From NCBI GenBank assembly GCA_951406725.2, contig OX597841.1, positions 13,578,001-13,642,000 on the forward strand: 64,000 nt of DNA. The letters are read 5' to 3'. Position numbers and translations under genes: made by a program. The notes beneath the pieces are model-generated. The model worked only from the letters and a program-made list of their open reading frames with translations, was not told the origin of the DNA and ran no database searches. The stretch is from Octopus vulgaris. Lineage: Eukaryota. Positions 1 to 12,575 of the stretch are shown piece by piece (the stretch's first letter is position 1; the number at the start of each line of letters is the position of its first letter).

Positions 1-511
1 TCAGTCAAAAATTTTGCTAAAAAAAAAGAAAACCCTCTTTTTTATTTTTTTTTTTGTCGTTGTGTTATGGTTTTAAGATGGACAGCCAAGAGTTTGGTCA
101 AACTTGTGGTCAAATTATAAAAGTCTTCATTGGAAATGCTAATACATGTACAACGAATAATAATTAGCGTCTCCAACATAATTAAATTCATTCACTAAAT
201 TACCTTTAGCAATCAGATTAATCTGTCAAATGCGATCCTTATTTCTTCAGATATTGTTTTGAATTAATCCTGGATTATCTCATAGCTTTGAGATTCCAGT
301 GATTTGATTGTTTATTGCTTACAATGACATTGTAGGGTAGGTGTGAGAGTCTGGATCTGTCTTAGTTGTATAATTTTGCAACCTTGACTATGTATGTATG
401 TGTGTGTGTATGTATGTTTAAATAATGAGGGTAAAAATTAATATTAATTAAATCAATATCAATTTAAATCAGTGGCCTAGCATATTTAAAAAGTCCAAAG
501 ATTCAGAAAAA

Positions 512-900
512 TTATATTACATACATATAAGAGGAATGACTGATAGGTGGATTCCTAATTTGCTAAAGGTAGACCCCATATGGTCTGACCATTAAGAAAA
601 ATTGTTCCCAAGAAATCTCGGCAAATGCCAGAACATAAATTGAGCAAGACAAATGAAAAGATACAAAGATTAGTGATAAGTCACATACCTAGGTTTCATT
701 GTTACCATTTACATTGTGTAAATGTCTGCAGATCATCAGTGTGACCGTCTTAGAAAATATAATTTGCAAAACTATACACAAGACATCCTCCAGAGAAAGA
801 ACTTCTAATTTTTCTTAATGGTCAGACCATATGGTGCCTACCTTTAGCATATGAACAATCCACCTAGTGGTCATTCCTGTTATATGTATGTATTATATAT
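512..900. repeat. Inverted repeat (about 90-bp arms)
   Basis: ggaatgac...ctaaaggtagaccccatatggtctgaccattaagaaaaatt pairs with aatttttcttaatggtcagaccatatggtgcctacctttagc...gtcattcc. Related sequence recurs inverted at about 6700-6960. Confidence 0.75.
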
Positions 901-1013
901 ACTTATATAGATCAAGTAGGTACTGTAAATTTAGAGTGAATACTTGATAAGTGTAAGCACCTGTATATGCCAAATAGTGGCAGAGGTGAGAGGGTATATG
1001 TATCAAATATAAA

Positions 1014-1198
1014 TTAAAAACAGAACATAAAGGATATCGCGGTACATGTGTTTCAAGCTTTATAAACACGTTTCAATGTTTGCGGCTGAAGAGAGCTTTA
1101 AACCATCTTTTATATCAATAATACACTGATGTAAGAACGAATTGTTTATAAAGCTTGAAACACGTGTACCGTGATACCCTTTGTGTTCTGTTTTTAAC
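1014..1198. repeat. Inverted repeat (about 55-bp arms), Penelope-like end
   Basis: ttaaaaacagaacataaaggatatcgcggtacatgtgtttcaagctttataaaca pairs with tgtttataaagcttgaaacacgtgtaccgtgataccctttgtgttctgtttttaa. Confidence 0.8.
1081..1173 (+). ncRNA. Type I hammerhead ribozyme motif (Penelope-like element type)
   Basis: Stem I TGCGG/CCGTG, core CTGAAGA (1086-1092), stem II GAGCTTTA/TAAAGCTT, GAAA (1157-1160), palindromic stem III ACACGTGT, cleavage triplet GTA (1166-1168). Confidence 0.6.
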
Positions 1199-1292
1199 AT
1201 ACATATATATATAGAGATATGTACACCTGCGTGAATGTTATATTTTGGATGTCCATCTCTCCAAACTTTACGGTGACCACCACTACAAACAG

Positions 1293-1307
1293 CAATGATT
1301 GTCAACA
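1293..1307 (+). CDS. Candidate 15-nt phase-1 talin microexon (xMIVNx)
   Basis: aaacAG|CA ATG ATT GTC AAC A|GTGAGT. Consensus donor and a long AG-free stretch upstream, but a weak pyrimidine tract. Confidence 0.35.
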
Positions 1308-2047
1308 GTGAGTGTTTGTTGTATTTCTTCATTAACCACGTTAATTACTGGTTTGTTAGCAACAATCAATGCACCAAATACCATAACAACGGCTTAAGAG
1401 GGTTTTTTTTTTTTTAGTTTTTTTCTACTGACATAATGAATTTGTTTGTTGTGTGTCGTTAAAATAATTATAATTAATTAATTAATTAATTTATGGATTC
1501 AATTTCTTTTCAGTTCTTTCAATACTTTATTCATTTCTTTTTAAAATCAGTCATTTTTTTTTCCCCTTTTTTTTTTCCCTTTTTTTTTTTCCATTTTTTT
1601 TTTCTGTGGTAAATATGTCTTGGGTCAGCTCTTTCGTTTGGTTGGGAGAAAATTTTACCAAAACTTATGTCCAAGGTGAAAGTTATTGCTCTGGGGGAGG
1701 GCATCACAATCACAGTGTGTGAGAGAGGGAGACACAAACAAACAAAAGGGCCAGACATCTGTACATGTCACAAAGGGACACCACATTTCATTGTTGTGCC
1801 CTTGTTGTCTCATGTGTCTTGTTATTAAGGGTTGTCCACATCCAGGACCAGTAGCCTCTGCATTTCTGAGCAACACCTTAGTGTAACTCATTTGAAGATG
1901 ACCGAGGGAGGACAATGTGAAGTAGTTTCTTGACCAAGGATACAAATGTGCTTCTTGATCAGAGGATTGAACTGACAAACTAATGCAAATTGAACTGGCA
2001 AACCTTGAAGGATGCCCTCAAGATGTCTCTGTTTATGGAGACAGTAG

Positions 2048-2098
<51 letters not shown>

Positions 2099-2194
2099 CG
2101 AATTTAGGTTGTGTTGTCCATAACTAGAAGGATGCTGCCTTCACTTCCTCGAATGCATTTCCTCACAGAACTGCATCCATCAGATTGTCACAAA

Positions 2195-2550
2195 AGCTGG
2201 CAGAAACATTAGCACACTGGGCGAAATTCTTAGTGGTATTTCGTCTGCCACTACGTTCTGAGTTCAAATTCCGCCGAGGACAACTTTGCCTTTCATCCTT
2301 GCAGGGTCAATAAATAAAGTACCAATTATGCACTGGGGTCGAGGTAATCGACTTAATCCATTTGTCTGTCCTTGTTTGTCCCCTCCGTGTTTAGCCCCTT
2401 GTGGGCAGTAAAGAAATAGGTATTTCATCTGTCTTTACGGTCTGTTAAAATTCCATCAAGGTCAACTTTGCTTTTCATTCTTTCAGGGTCAATAAATTAA
2501 GTACCAGTTGCATACTGGGATCGATATGATCGACTGGCTCCCTCCCCAAA
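2195..2550 (+). mobile_element. SINE family 2 (tRNA-like head, Meta-domain-like body), dimeric copy
   Basis: gctggcagaa...gagttcaaattcc (B box)...gcctttcatcct..gggtcaataaataaagtacca. Other copies lie near 11650, 13440, 14180, 15497, 20255, 31297, 37090(-), 42990(-), 43970(-), 53845(-) and 63540. Confidence 0.85.
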
Positions 2551-3345
2551 ATGTATGTGTTTATGAGCAAAACACCTAAGCTCCACGCGGTTCCGGCAGA
2601 AAGTAATGGCAAACTTCAACTGACTCTTTCGCCACAACTTTCTCTCATAAATGGTGGTACCCCAGCATGGCCACAGCTCGTGAGCTGAAACTAGATGAAA
2701 TAAAAATAATAAAAATAAATCACTGGGGGGGGGTACATGTGTTAAGACACTAGCCAATGTGATTCAGGAGGTGTTTGGTCATTTCTGGCAGTTTGTGTGA
2801 TTGTGTTGATTTCTTCGTAACGATGGTCTCTGAAAGGTAGGAGAGACAGTCTAAGACATATTTACCCCCCACTTATCCCCACCCCCTCCTTAAAAAACAA
2901 AAAAAAATGACTGAAAGACTACTTTTTGTGAAAGTATTGTAAGATTTGAAGTGGATGGACATACCAAGTTGTTGGAGACAAGAAAGATATATATATATAT
3001 ATACACACATGTATTTGTGTCTTTGTGTGTGTGTGTGTATATATGGGGTGTGGGACATTTTGGCATTGCTGTTTTGGCGCTGCCTCTTTGGTGTTGCTGA
3101 CTCAATGCTGGCATCAAGGCTGATATCAGATGTTTGAATGCTTCTTTCATCTTCTCCTCCTCCCCCGCTTATCCCTCTGTTCATGTGTGTAATTATATTT
3201 TGATTTGTGTGTCTGAAGAGAGGAAAAGTGTCTGTCAATTGTGTTCAAGTCTAACGTCTCTCTCTCTCTCTCCTTCTGTTTACGAGTGTGAACATCTAGT
3301 TATCTTTGTATGTATAATATCTCTCTCTCTCTCTCCCTTCCTCTC

Positions 3346-3433
<88 letters not shown>

Positions 3434-4991
3434 CTTATGAAGAGTGCGGAAGTGTTTGTCAATCATGTTCAGTTCATATATTGAATCTCTCTCTTTTTCT
3501 TTCTCTCTCTCTTTCTCTCTCTGTATATTTCTATTTGCATGTGTGTGAGAGTGTATTTGCCTCCAGTGCCAAAAAGTACCGGCATCAAAATAGCTCAATC
3601 TCCAGTCAGCCATGCCAAATCACCAGCAGCCAAACAGCAGTGCCCAATTGTCTCATTCCTACACTTTTACTTATATATATACACACACATACACATACTT
3701 TTATACATACATTGCTTCCTTTTATATTTATAAAAAAATTTTCTTGTTTGTCTTTGTGTGTTGCGTTTTCTCATTTCACCTTCTACCTGTCTGTTTGTAC
3801 TTACCCACCTCTCACCTCTTAATTAACTACCTGCCAAGCTATCTCCCTCTACATCTATCTGATTAATCATCCACCTGCCTATCCGGCTATCTAACTAACA
3901 ACCACTCTACCTACTTTTCCCTTTGCTCTTCCGCCTCTTTCTCTACCTGCCCAGGTAGATCTCTCTATCCACCCATTTATCCGTTTGCTCACCTGTTTGC
4001 CTACATATCTAACTACTTTTCTATTCGTCTGTTTCCCTTTCCCTCTACCTACCTACCAAACTACCCAGGTATGTATTTAGCTGTATACCTGCTCAACTAT
4101 CTTGGTACTCGCCCACCTGTCCAGGTACTCGCTCACCTGTCCAGGTACTTGCCCATCTGTCCAGATACCTGCTCATCTGCTTATCTATCTATCAATCCCT
4201 CCATCCACCCGGTCGGCCAACCATCCATCCACACTTCCACCCACTCCTCCACCCTTTTCTATGTCTCTTTCTCCTCCTCTTTGGCTGTCTGTCTGTCTGT
4301 CTCCTTCCCCGCTCTGTATTCCATCTACCCACCTGCTTATCTTTCTCTCTCTCCCTCTCTCTCCATTTTATCCTTTCATCTGTTTGTTTGTCTGTCTGTA
4401 TGTCCTCCCCTCTGATTGGCTGCTTTGAAAGGATGACAGTTCTATTAATAGCATCACAGCTTGGATGATGATGATGATGATGATGAAGTTTTATCATTTT
4501 TCTTTTCTTTTTAATCTGATGTATTTCTTAATAATAATAATAATAATATTACAATTAATTAATCTTTTGTTAAAATTTGTTAAAAATGACATCAATCTGT
4601 GAATTTTGAATATTAATATTTTAATTAATTTCTAATTTTGTTTTTGTCTGATTGAATTCGTTAATTTTTACTAACATTTGTTTATTAATTAAATTAAATT
4701 TTTCATTAATAATTGCATTTTAATCGTATTCTTTCACTTCTCTACATATATGTATAGTAAATATCGTAAATTCAATGTCATTTTGCATTTAAATTCTTCG
4801 TTTTTGCCTTGTTTTATTGATATTATGTGATTTTATTTTGTACTGTGTTTGACATGTTTTTTTTTATATGTGTTTCCCCTCCTCCTCTTCACCAGTTCAC
4901 CATCCTTGTTTGCCCTCTGCACATACGACAAGAAAATAGTTTAATCTAAAGCACAAATATATAACCATAAATGTAACAGCCTCATTTTTGT

Positions 4992-5222
4992 TTAACCCTT
5001 TCGATGCCAACCTGGCTGATACCACTTCTGGTTCTGTTGTACAAATGTCTTGTTTTCATAAGTTCTCAATTAAAATCTTCCACCAAACCTTAGTCACAAT
5101 TTATGTTCCTAACACTAGCTTAACGATAACGAAGTTATTTTACTAAATTCTTTCTTATATTTAAAATTAATTGAAAGAAACACAGAACATCTCAACAGAA
5201 ATATGGTAACAAAAGGGGTTAA
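4992..5222. mobile_element. piggyBac-type MITE (TTAA-CCCTTT...GGG-TTAA)
   Basis: TTAA flanks and short terminal inverted repeats. Near-identical copies at 5367-5596 and 12576-12805. Confidence 0.75.
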
Positions 5223-5366
5223 GAAGAAAAATAATCAGCAGAAGACATGAAACGAGGAGACCTCAATGTGGTCACTCTATATGCTAGAAATAATAGCCTA
5301 AATTTCCTTCAATCCTCACCCCTCCAACTGCTTCTAATGTGCATCTGCCCAAATGTAGAAGTGTGT

Positions 5367-5596
5367 TTAACCCTTTCGTTGCCAACCCGGCTGAAACTAC
5401 CTCTGGCCCTGTAGTACAAATGTCTTGTTTTCATAAGTTTTGAATTAAAATCTTCCACCAAACCTTAGTCACAATTTATGTTCCTAACACTAGCTTAATG
5501 ATAACCAAGTTATTTTACTAAATTCTTTGTTATATTTAAAATTAATTGAAAGAAACACAGAGCATCTCAAAATAAATACAGTAACGAAAGAGTTAA
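5367..5596. mobile_element. piggyBac-type MITE, second copy
   Basis: ttaaccctttcgtt...aacgaaagagttaa; similar to 4992-5222. Confidence 0.75.
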
Positions 5597-6439
5597 CAAA
5601 CACATTTTTATAAATCAATATCAAGGTTGATGTATCTAACCCAAAACATTGAATAATAATAATAATAATAATAATTGGTATTGTAAAGGATGGAAGCAAA
5701 TTATACGGTCATAGACTTTATGATCTGACACATAATAAGTTGGTACCAAAGTAACTGAGAAATATGAGGATCCAGCCAGAGAACTTAGAACTGTGGAGGA
5801 ACAAAAAACAACAATCTTGGCAGTTGGTTTCACACTAGTTATCAAACAGGATGTTCAGAACAGTACAGTTATGTAATACTGCATACTCGTCAGAGCTGGT
5901 AACGCAATCATGCTGTTATCTAACATCTAGTTTAATATCCAACACAAAACCAATTACCAAGATCATACAAATATACCAGTGCATGTTTTCTGCCTTGTGG
6001 ATTCATATACACCTATGTCTGTCTGTCTGTGTGTATGACGGACACCTGCACAGTTTTGGTCAACCAAATTCCTCTCATTAAGCATTGGTGAAGCTGAAAC
6101 TATAACAGAAGAGATGTCTAAGCCTTAGAGTTCAGTCCTCGGTAGCAGTATGAAATTCATTTAACCATTTGGACGCTTTGCATTAAAACACCTTTATGCG
6201 CAATATGCCTTGCAGAAGGAGTGAACCCAGAACCACACAGCTGCGAACTAAACTTCTTAACCACATGACCATGCTTGTGATTATAATCTAAACTTACTTC
6301 ATATTCGTTAAAACGTGACAAATTGAAGTACAAAGCATTTGTATGTGCGCGCGCTTAACACAGAAAATGTCTTAAGAGAAGGGTCTTTGGGATAAATATT
6401 ACACCTAATGCCTTTCCATTTATTTATATATATATATTT

Positions 6440-6530
6440 ACCAAGAAAAAAGCAACAAGAATGGATTAGTAGTTTAGTACAATTGTTTCATACTAAACTA
6501 CTAATCCATTCTTGTTGCTTTTTTCTTGGT
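6440..6530. repeat. Perfect 40-bp inverted repeat with an 11-nt loop
   Basis: accaagaaaaaagcaacaagaatggattagtagtttagta / tactaaactactaatccattcttgttgcttttttcttggt. Confidence 0.95.
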
Positions 6531-7743
6531 TATAATCACCCCACATTATTTTATGGTTAATACCACAAAGATTTCTGGTGCCTCTAAGTTAAGTACCGCA
6601 TTCATGTGAATTCACTGGAATTCACTTGAATATTAATTGTTTTTGCTGCAAGTATATATATATTTAAATATATATATAGAGACACACACACACATATTTA
6701 GGGATAACCACTAAGTGGACAACCAATATGCTAGAAGAAGATCACATACGATCTAACTACAAAGAGAAGAATGTTCTCCGGAGAGATTCAGCAAACACAA
6801 GACCATGTTCTAGCATATTGGATTTCCACTTAGTGACCATCCCGTCTCATAAGTAGATATTACAATTTTTCTGAATTTTCAGATTTTTCTATATGCTAGG
6901 CTTCTGGTTTTAAATTGATATTAATTAAATTAATATTCATTTTTCACCCTCGTTATTTAAATTTTATATATATATTTTATGCAAATATTACATCGTTATT
7001 TATTGAGGTTGGCTTTACCGTTCCTCCCTCCAAAGTTGATAAAACATAGCACCAGCCACACATTGGATTCAGTGTAATCGACTAAACCCCTCCCCTCAAA
7101 ACTGCTGCCCTTGTACCAATATTAGACTCATCGAATTCTTGCCGTTGTCATTTTGTGTTTCTTCGTAATTATTCTTTTGTTTTTGTGGGGTTTTTTTGTG
7201 TATTTTTTATATTTTTACCTTGTTTACTTTTCTGGCATAAAAAGTTGTACCCAGTTTTTATCTTTTTTATAAAAAAATTTCATTGATTTTGTTTTTAAAT
7301 TATTTTGTATCGAAAACTCCCCAGGAAGGCCCAATGTTTTCTTTACACATTAATATATTTATATATATATATATATAATATAATTTAAATATTTAATCTA
7401 CAATATAGATGATCATAAATATATATTTTATATATATGTATATATATATGATATGTAATTATGGATATATATATAGAGATATTTATATTTTTTAAAGTAA
7501 CATCTTTATATTCCTTTTGTTTAGTATGGACTTACTATTGTGTATATACATCATGTTACTATATATACATACATGTATGCAAAATGTGCTTTATACTGTA
7601 CATGTATGTATAGTGTGGTATATAATGCAATACAGACATGCATGTAGACTTACACTTATGCATTATTGTGTGGTTTACACTGCAATATATAAGTGTATAT
7701 ATTCAGTGTGTATATGCATTTATATATATATATATCTTTTTTT

Positions 7744-7779
<36 letters not shown>

Positions 7780-7951
7780 GTGTCATACATCTATATATAA
7801 TACAGCTCAGGTTGTGTATATACAATATGTACATACATATATGTATATACACTGTGAGTACATGTGTATATGTGTTGGTTATAATTGTATGTATATATGT
7901 ATGTATGTGTGTTTGTTCAAAGTGGATCATATATGTATGAATATACAGTGA

Positions 7952-8007
<56 letters not shown>

Positions 8008-8620
8008 TCACTGTATATTCATAGTGTGTGTGTGTGTGAACATCTGTCCATGTATGCTAGTGTATCTATACAGTCGTAATTGTATGTATAAACAATCATG
8101 AGTGTATAAAACAAAACTGGTTTGCCTTATATATATAGGTTTGTATATAACAGTTATTGCTGTTGAGTTTACGCACCCCAGTGCCCGTCCCCAGCGGAGA
8201 TATGCACTCGCCCTAAGGTCCCAGTTATAATACTGGGCTCACTTTTATCCTCACCTGGAAACCACCCCACCTCCACCCCCCATCCCAGACCCCTGCACAT
8301 TGCTGGACTTGTGCCAGACATATAAGGATTTTTCAAAACCGCTGCCGCCATCTTTGGTGGTGGCGGCGCCATCACGGTCATAGCTGTCATCACCACCACC
8401 ATCACCACTGTCATCATCATCATCACCACCATTATCATCATCATCACCGCCACCACCATCATCATCATCTCCCTCATAACCACTGCCACCACCACCACAC
8501 AACTATAACTGCATTGCTTAGTTTTTTGTGTTTCCGTCCATGCCCTCCCCCAACACTCTCTTTCCTCCCCGCCTTGTTGCTATCCGACTGCATTGCATTC
8601 TCCGCTGCACTCCGATACAG

Positions 8621-8635
8621 CAACACCTGAGCCAG
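8621..8635 (+). CDS. Candidate 15-nt phase-1 talin microexon (xTPEPx)
   Basis: Pyrimidine-rich, TGC-containing upstream region; gatacAG|CA ACA CCT GAG CCA G|GTGTTG. The donor is weak. Confidence 0.35.
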
Positions 8636-9995
8636 GTGTTGTTGTCCTTAATTACTACTGATTAAAATATTAATTATAAAAACTATTACTAATTGTAATG
8701 TTGATTAGTTGAATGTATTTTTAATGGCTGTTTTTACTAATTGAGCAGGGTTTCTCTTTTTTCTTTTTTTTTTTAGCAACACCCCCTCCCCCACTCCTTC
8801 CCTGATGTCTTCTCCTCTCTTCCCAAATACACACACACACTTACAAATATTCAGACACACACATTGTCAGCTACAACGATGAGTGTTTTACTTGATCTAA
8901 TCAATGAAACAGCCTGCTTGTGAAAGTGGCTGAGTACTCCACAGACGCTTGTACCCTTAATGTAGTCCCCAGGGGAGTTCTGTGTGGCACACAATGTGAA
9001 AAGGCTGGCCTTTAGGTGAGTGGACAGGAGCAACATGCAATCGAGTGTCTTGCTCAAGGACAGCATGTTACTGGGGGATTGAACTCTTGACCTTATGGTC
9101 TTGAGCCAAATGCCCTGACCACTAAGCCATGCACCTTATATATAACTGGCGCTCCATTGGTTACTCAGCCGAGTGGACACGCGCAGTGAAATCTTTCATT
9201 TAAGAGCGCAACATATTGCTTGGTCCAGGGATTGAAACTACAGCCTTGGATCAGGAATGCAACGCCTTAAACCACTAAATCACGTGCCTCCACAAATGCA
9301 CGCACACACACACACACACACGAGGGTTTTGGCAAATGAAATGAGGAGACAAATCTTTCAATTAACTGTGACCTTAAAAAAACTCCCTTTAGGGGACATT
9401 TGTTTAACCCTTTCGTATTCGGGTTACTTCGTCCCGTTTATTGCTTATTTCTCGAAACTTTGAAATTTTCATGATGTGATAGCTTATTCTTAGGATGACC
9501 TTGCAGAGTAGGTATGAGATGCCTGATCTGGCCAGTTTTGAACATAAAACAAGTAGAATATATTGGCCGGTTTATATGCTAAAAGGTTAAACAAAACAAA
9601 GAAGAAATGGAGACAACTCTGATAAGATCAAATGATTGAAATTTTTGAAAAATGGTGCTGGTGTTTTCTTCTCAGTGCAAGAGTTTAACTAGAAAAAGAC
9701 CCGTCTTCCTACGCACACACTCTCACCGTGCATCCCCCTCATACATCACATGCAAATATAGTGTGGTTCTAATGTAAGATTCTTAATTAAAACAAGTTCT
9801 GTCTCCTCATCACAGTGTAACCACAGTGAAGAAAATTTAACTGAAAACTAAATCGGCCCTACCTGCACTTCCTGTCCCCTTTCCTTGCCCCTCCTCAATG
9901 TTTGACAATATATTTTGCTGCTGCTGCCTGTCTTCTTTCACCAAAACATTCATGTCTCGCTCATTAAACATTTCATTCCGTTTTCTTCCATTTAG

Positions 9996-10007
9996 GTGTT
10001 GTAGAAG
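9996..10007 (+). CDS. Candidate 12-nt phase-1 talin microexon (xVVEx)
   Basis: ccgttttcttccatttAG|GT GTT GTA GAA G|GTATGT. Strong acceptor with a long AG-free pyrimidine region and a strong donor. Confidence 0.6.
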
Positions 10008-10131
10008 GTATGTTGTATAACTTCGCACCCTTAACTCGGCACCACCTCAGTCTATCATCGTCGTCGTTGTTGTCGTGTCGTTCGTCTGTCCTCCCACCAC
10101 CCACCGCCCTTCACATACTGACTTTATAATT

Positions 10132-10923
10132 CAGGGGTTCTCAACCAAGACCCATGTGACCATTGTGGGTCCATATAAAATTTTGTTGCTAAAATTTAAA
10201 TCTGATGAATTTGGCTGCATTTCTATAATACACAAAATATGTTAATTTCTTTAATGAATTCCTGATAATATTTAATTAATCATTATCGTTTAACGTCCGC
10301 TTTCCATGCTAGCATGGGTTGGACGATTTTGACTGAGGGCTGGCAAACCAGACGGCCGCACCAGGCTCCAATCTGATCTGGCAGAGTTTCTACAGCTGGA
10401 TGCCCTTCCTAACGCCAACCACTCCAAGAGTGTAGAGGGTGCTTTTTACGTGCCACCGGCACAAGGGCCAGTCAGGCGGTACTGGCAATGACCTCACTCA
10501 TATCTTTTTACACATGACACCGGCACAGGTGTCACTAAGGCAATGTTGGTAACAATCACGCTCGAATGGTGCCCTTTTACGTGCCACCAGCACGGAGCCA
10601 GTTGGCTGCTCTGGTACCGATCACACTCGGATGGTGCTCTTGGCACCCTACTAGCATGGGCACAAGTGCCAGTAAGGCGACGCTGATAACAATCACACTC
10701 GAATGGTGCCCTTTTAATTATAAAATATAATTACGAAAATTAATTATTGGAACCTGGTGCAGCTTACCAGTTTTTAGTCAAACCGTCCAATCCATGCCAG
10801 CATGGAAAACAGACACTAAATGATCCTGATGGTGAATAGGATTTTTTTTTTTTAATATCAAATGGCTAAGAGGACCCATCTGAATAAAGGGTTTCATACT
10901 CAAAATACGGTTGAGGACCACTG
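10132..10923. mobile_element. hAT-like MITE carrying a nested RTE 3' UTR insertion (about 10281-10715, - strand)
   Basis: Termini CAGGGGTTCTCAACC / GGTTGAGGACCACTG. Related degenerate copies near 15812, 20480-21143 and 42292-42840. Confidence 0.55.
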
Positions 10924-12575
10924 ATTTGATTGACCTGTTCCCTTACTGACCAATGTGTGTGTGTGTGTCTGTGTTACTGTGAGTTTTGCTAACAGTGTGT
11001 GGACATTTTTTTTTCTTACCTGCCTACCTATGGACCCACCTGTCTAACCATGTGTGAACACCTGTCCACTACTTACCTATCACTCACCTGCCTTTCCCAG
11101 TAGTTCACAGCACACTTGTAGTCAGTGTTATATATTTTTGCATGCTTTCACGTATAGATATATACATGTATATACACACACGTGTATATATGTATATATA
11201 TATATATACACACATATGTATGTATATATATATATACATCATTTATGTATTGTAGTATATTTATATATAATTGTATTATACATACATATGTATGTAGTAT
11301 TTTATATACATATTGTCATATAATTGTATTTTATTATATTTATATATTGTATATTTAAATACTATTGAGAGGATAGTTGCTGTATTTCCTTCCAGATCAT
11401 CTACCTCTGATGAGTGCAGGGTTACATAATCGGATTGTTACCCAACACTCCTTTTGAAGCCCCTGTGTGAAACTAATTGGTTAGATCGGCTATAATGGAT
11501 ATATATAATACTGAACACTTTGCCTAATATATTTTGATATATATATCTGCCATGGTCAAGTTTACCTTTGATTCTTGCAGGATTGTTAAATAAGTACCAG
11601 CTAATTGCTGGGGTCAGTGATACCAACTAAATTTGGTGTTATCATCACTAAGGCGAAAAGATGGCAGAATTGTTGCTGCGCCGGATGAAGGGCTCAACAG
11701 CATTTCATCCGTCTTTCGGTTCCCAGTTCAGATTCCACCGAGCTCAACTTTGCCTTTGACCCTTTTTGGTTCAGTAAAATAAGTACCAGTTGGATACTTG
11801 GGGTCAATGTAATTGACTAACCCCATTTCCCAAAATTGCTCATCTTGTGCCAAAACATTAAACCATTATTATTACTACTACTATTATTATCATTATTATT
11901 ATTATTATTATTATTTTACTATTGAAGTGATTTGGCAGAATATGAAAGCATTGGAAAAATGCCTTGTGACATGTATTTGACACTTTATGATTTGAGTTCA
12001 AATCCTCTCAGGATACCGGTCAAGAAGTAGGGTCAGTGGTTTCTGCTAAACCTTTCCCTTAAAAATGCTGGCCCTTGTCCCTAAATTAGAAATTATCAAT
12101 TAATTGATTTAGTTTCTTATTTCATGATATTATTTCTATATATAAAGTTGTTGGGGTTTATATATATAAATATATATATATATACACAAATTAACAAATG
12201 CTTTGATTTCAGTTTAGTGTATTTCTGCAGGCATGGCTGTGTGGTTAAGAAGTTCGCTTTGCTTTATAACTATGTGGTCTCGGGTTCAAACCCACTGCGC
12301 AGCACCTTAGGCAAGTGTCTTCTTCTCTAGCTTCAGATCATCAGAAAATCTTGAGGAAGTTTTGGTCGGCAGAAACTAGATGAGGATCAGCATTTCTGTT
12401 CTCAGGATTTAAGTTTAATTTCTTGTCTCCTTTAAGAAGAAAAATAATCAGCAGAAGACCTGAGAGGAGGAGACCTCAATGTGGTCACTCTATATGCTAG
12501 AAATAATAGCCTAAATTTCCTTCAATCCACACCCAACTGCTTCTAATGTGCATCTGCCCAAATGTAGAGGTGTGT

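Noticed and set aside
2792-2836. 45-nt AG..GT segment
   Set aside because: It has a stop in the phase-1 frame needed for talin.
8169-8502. Met/Val-rich and Gly/Asp-rich minus-strand ORFs
   Set aside because: Driven by a CAT/CAC trinucleotide repeat.
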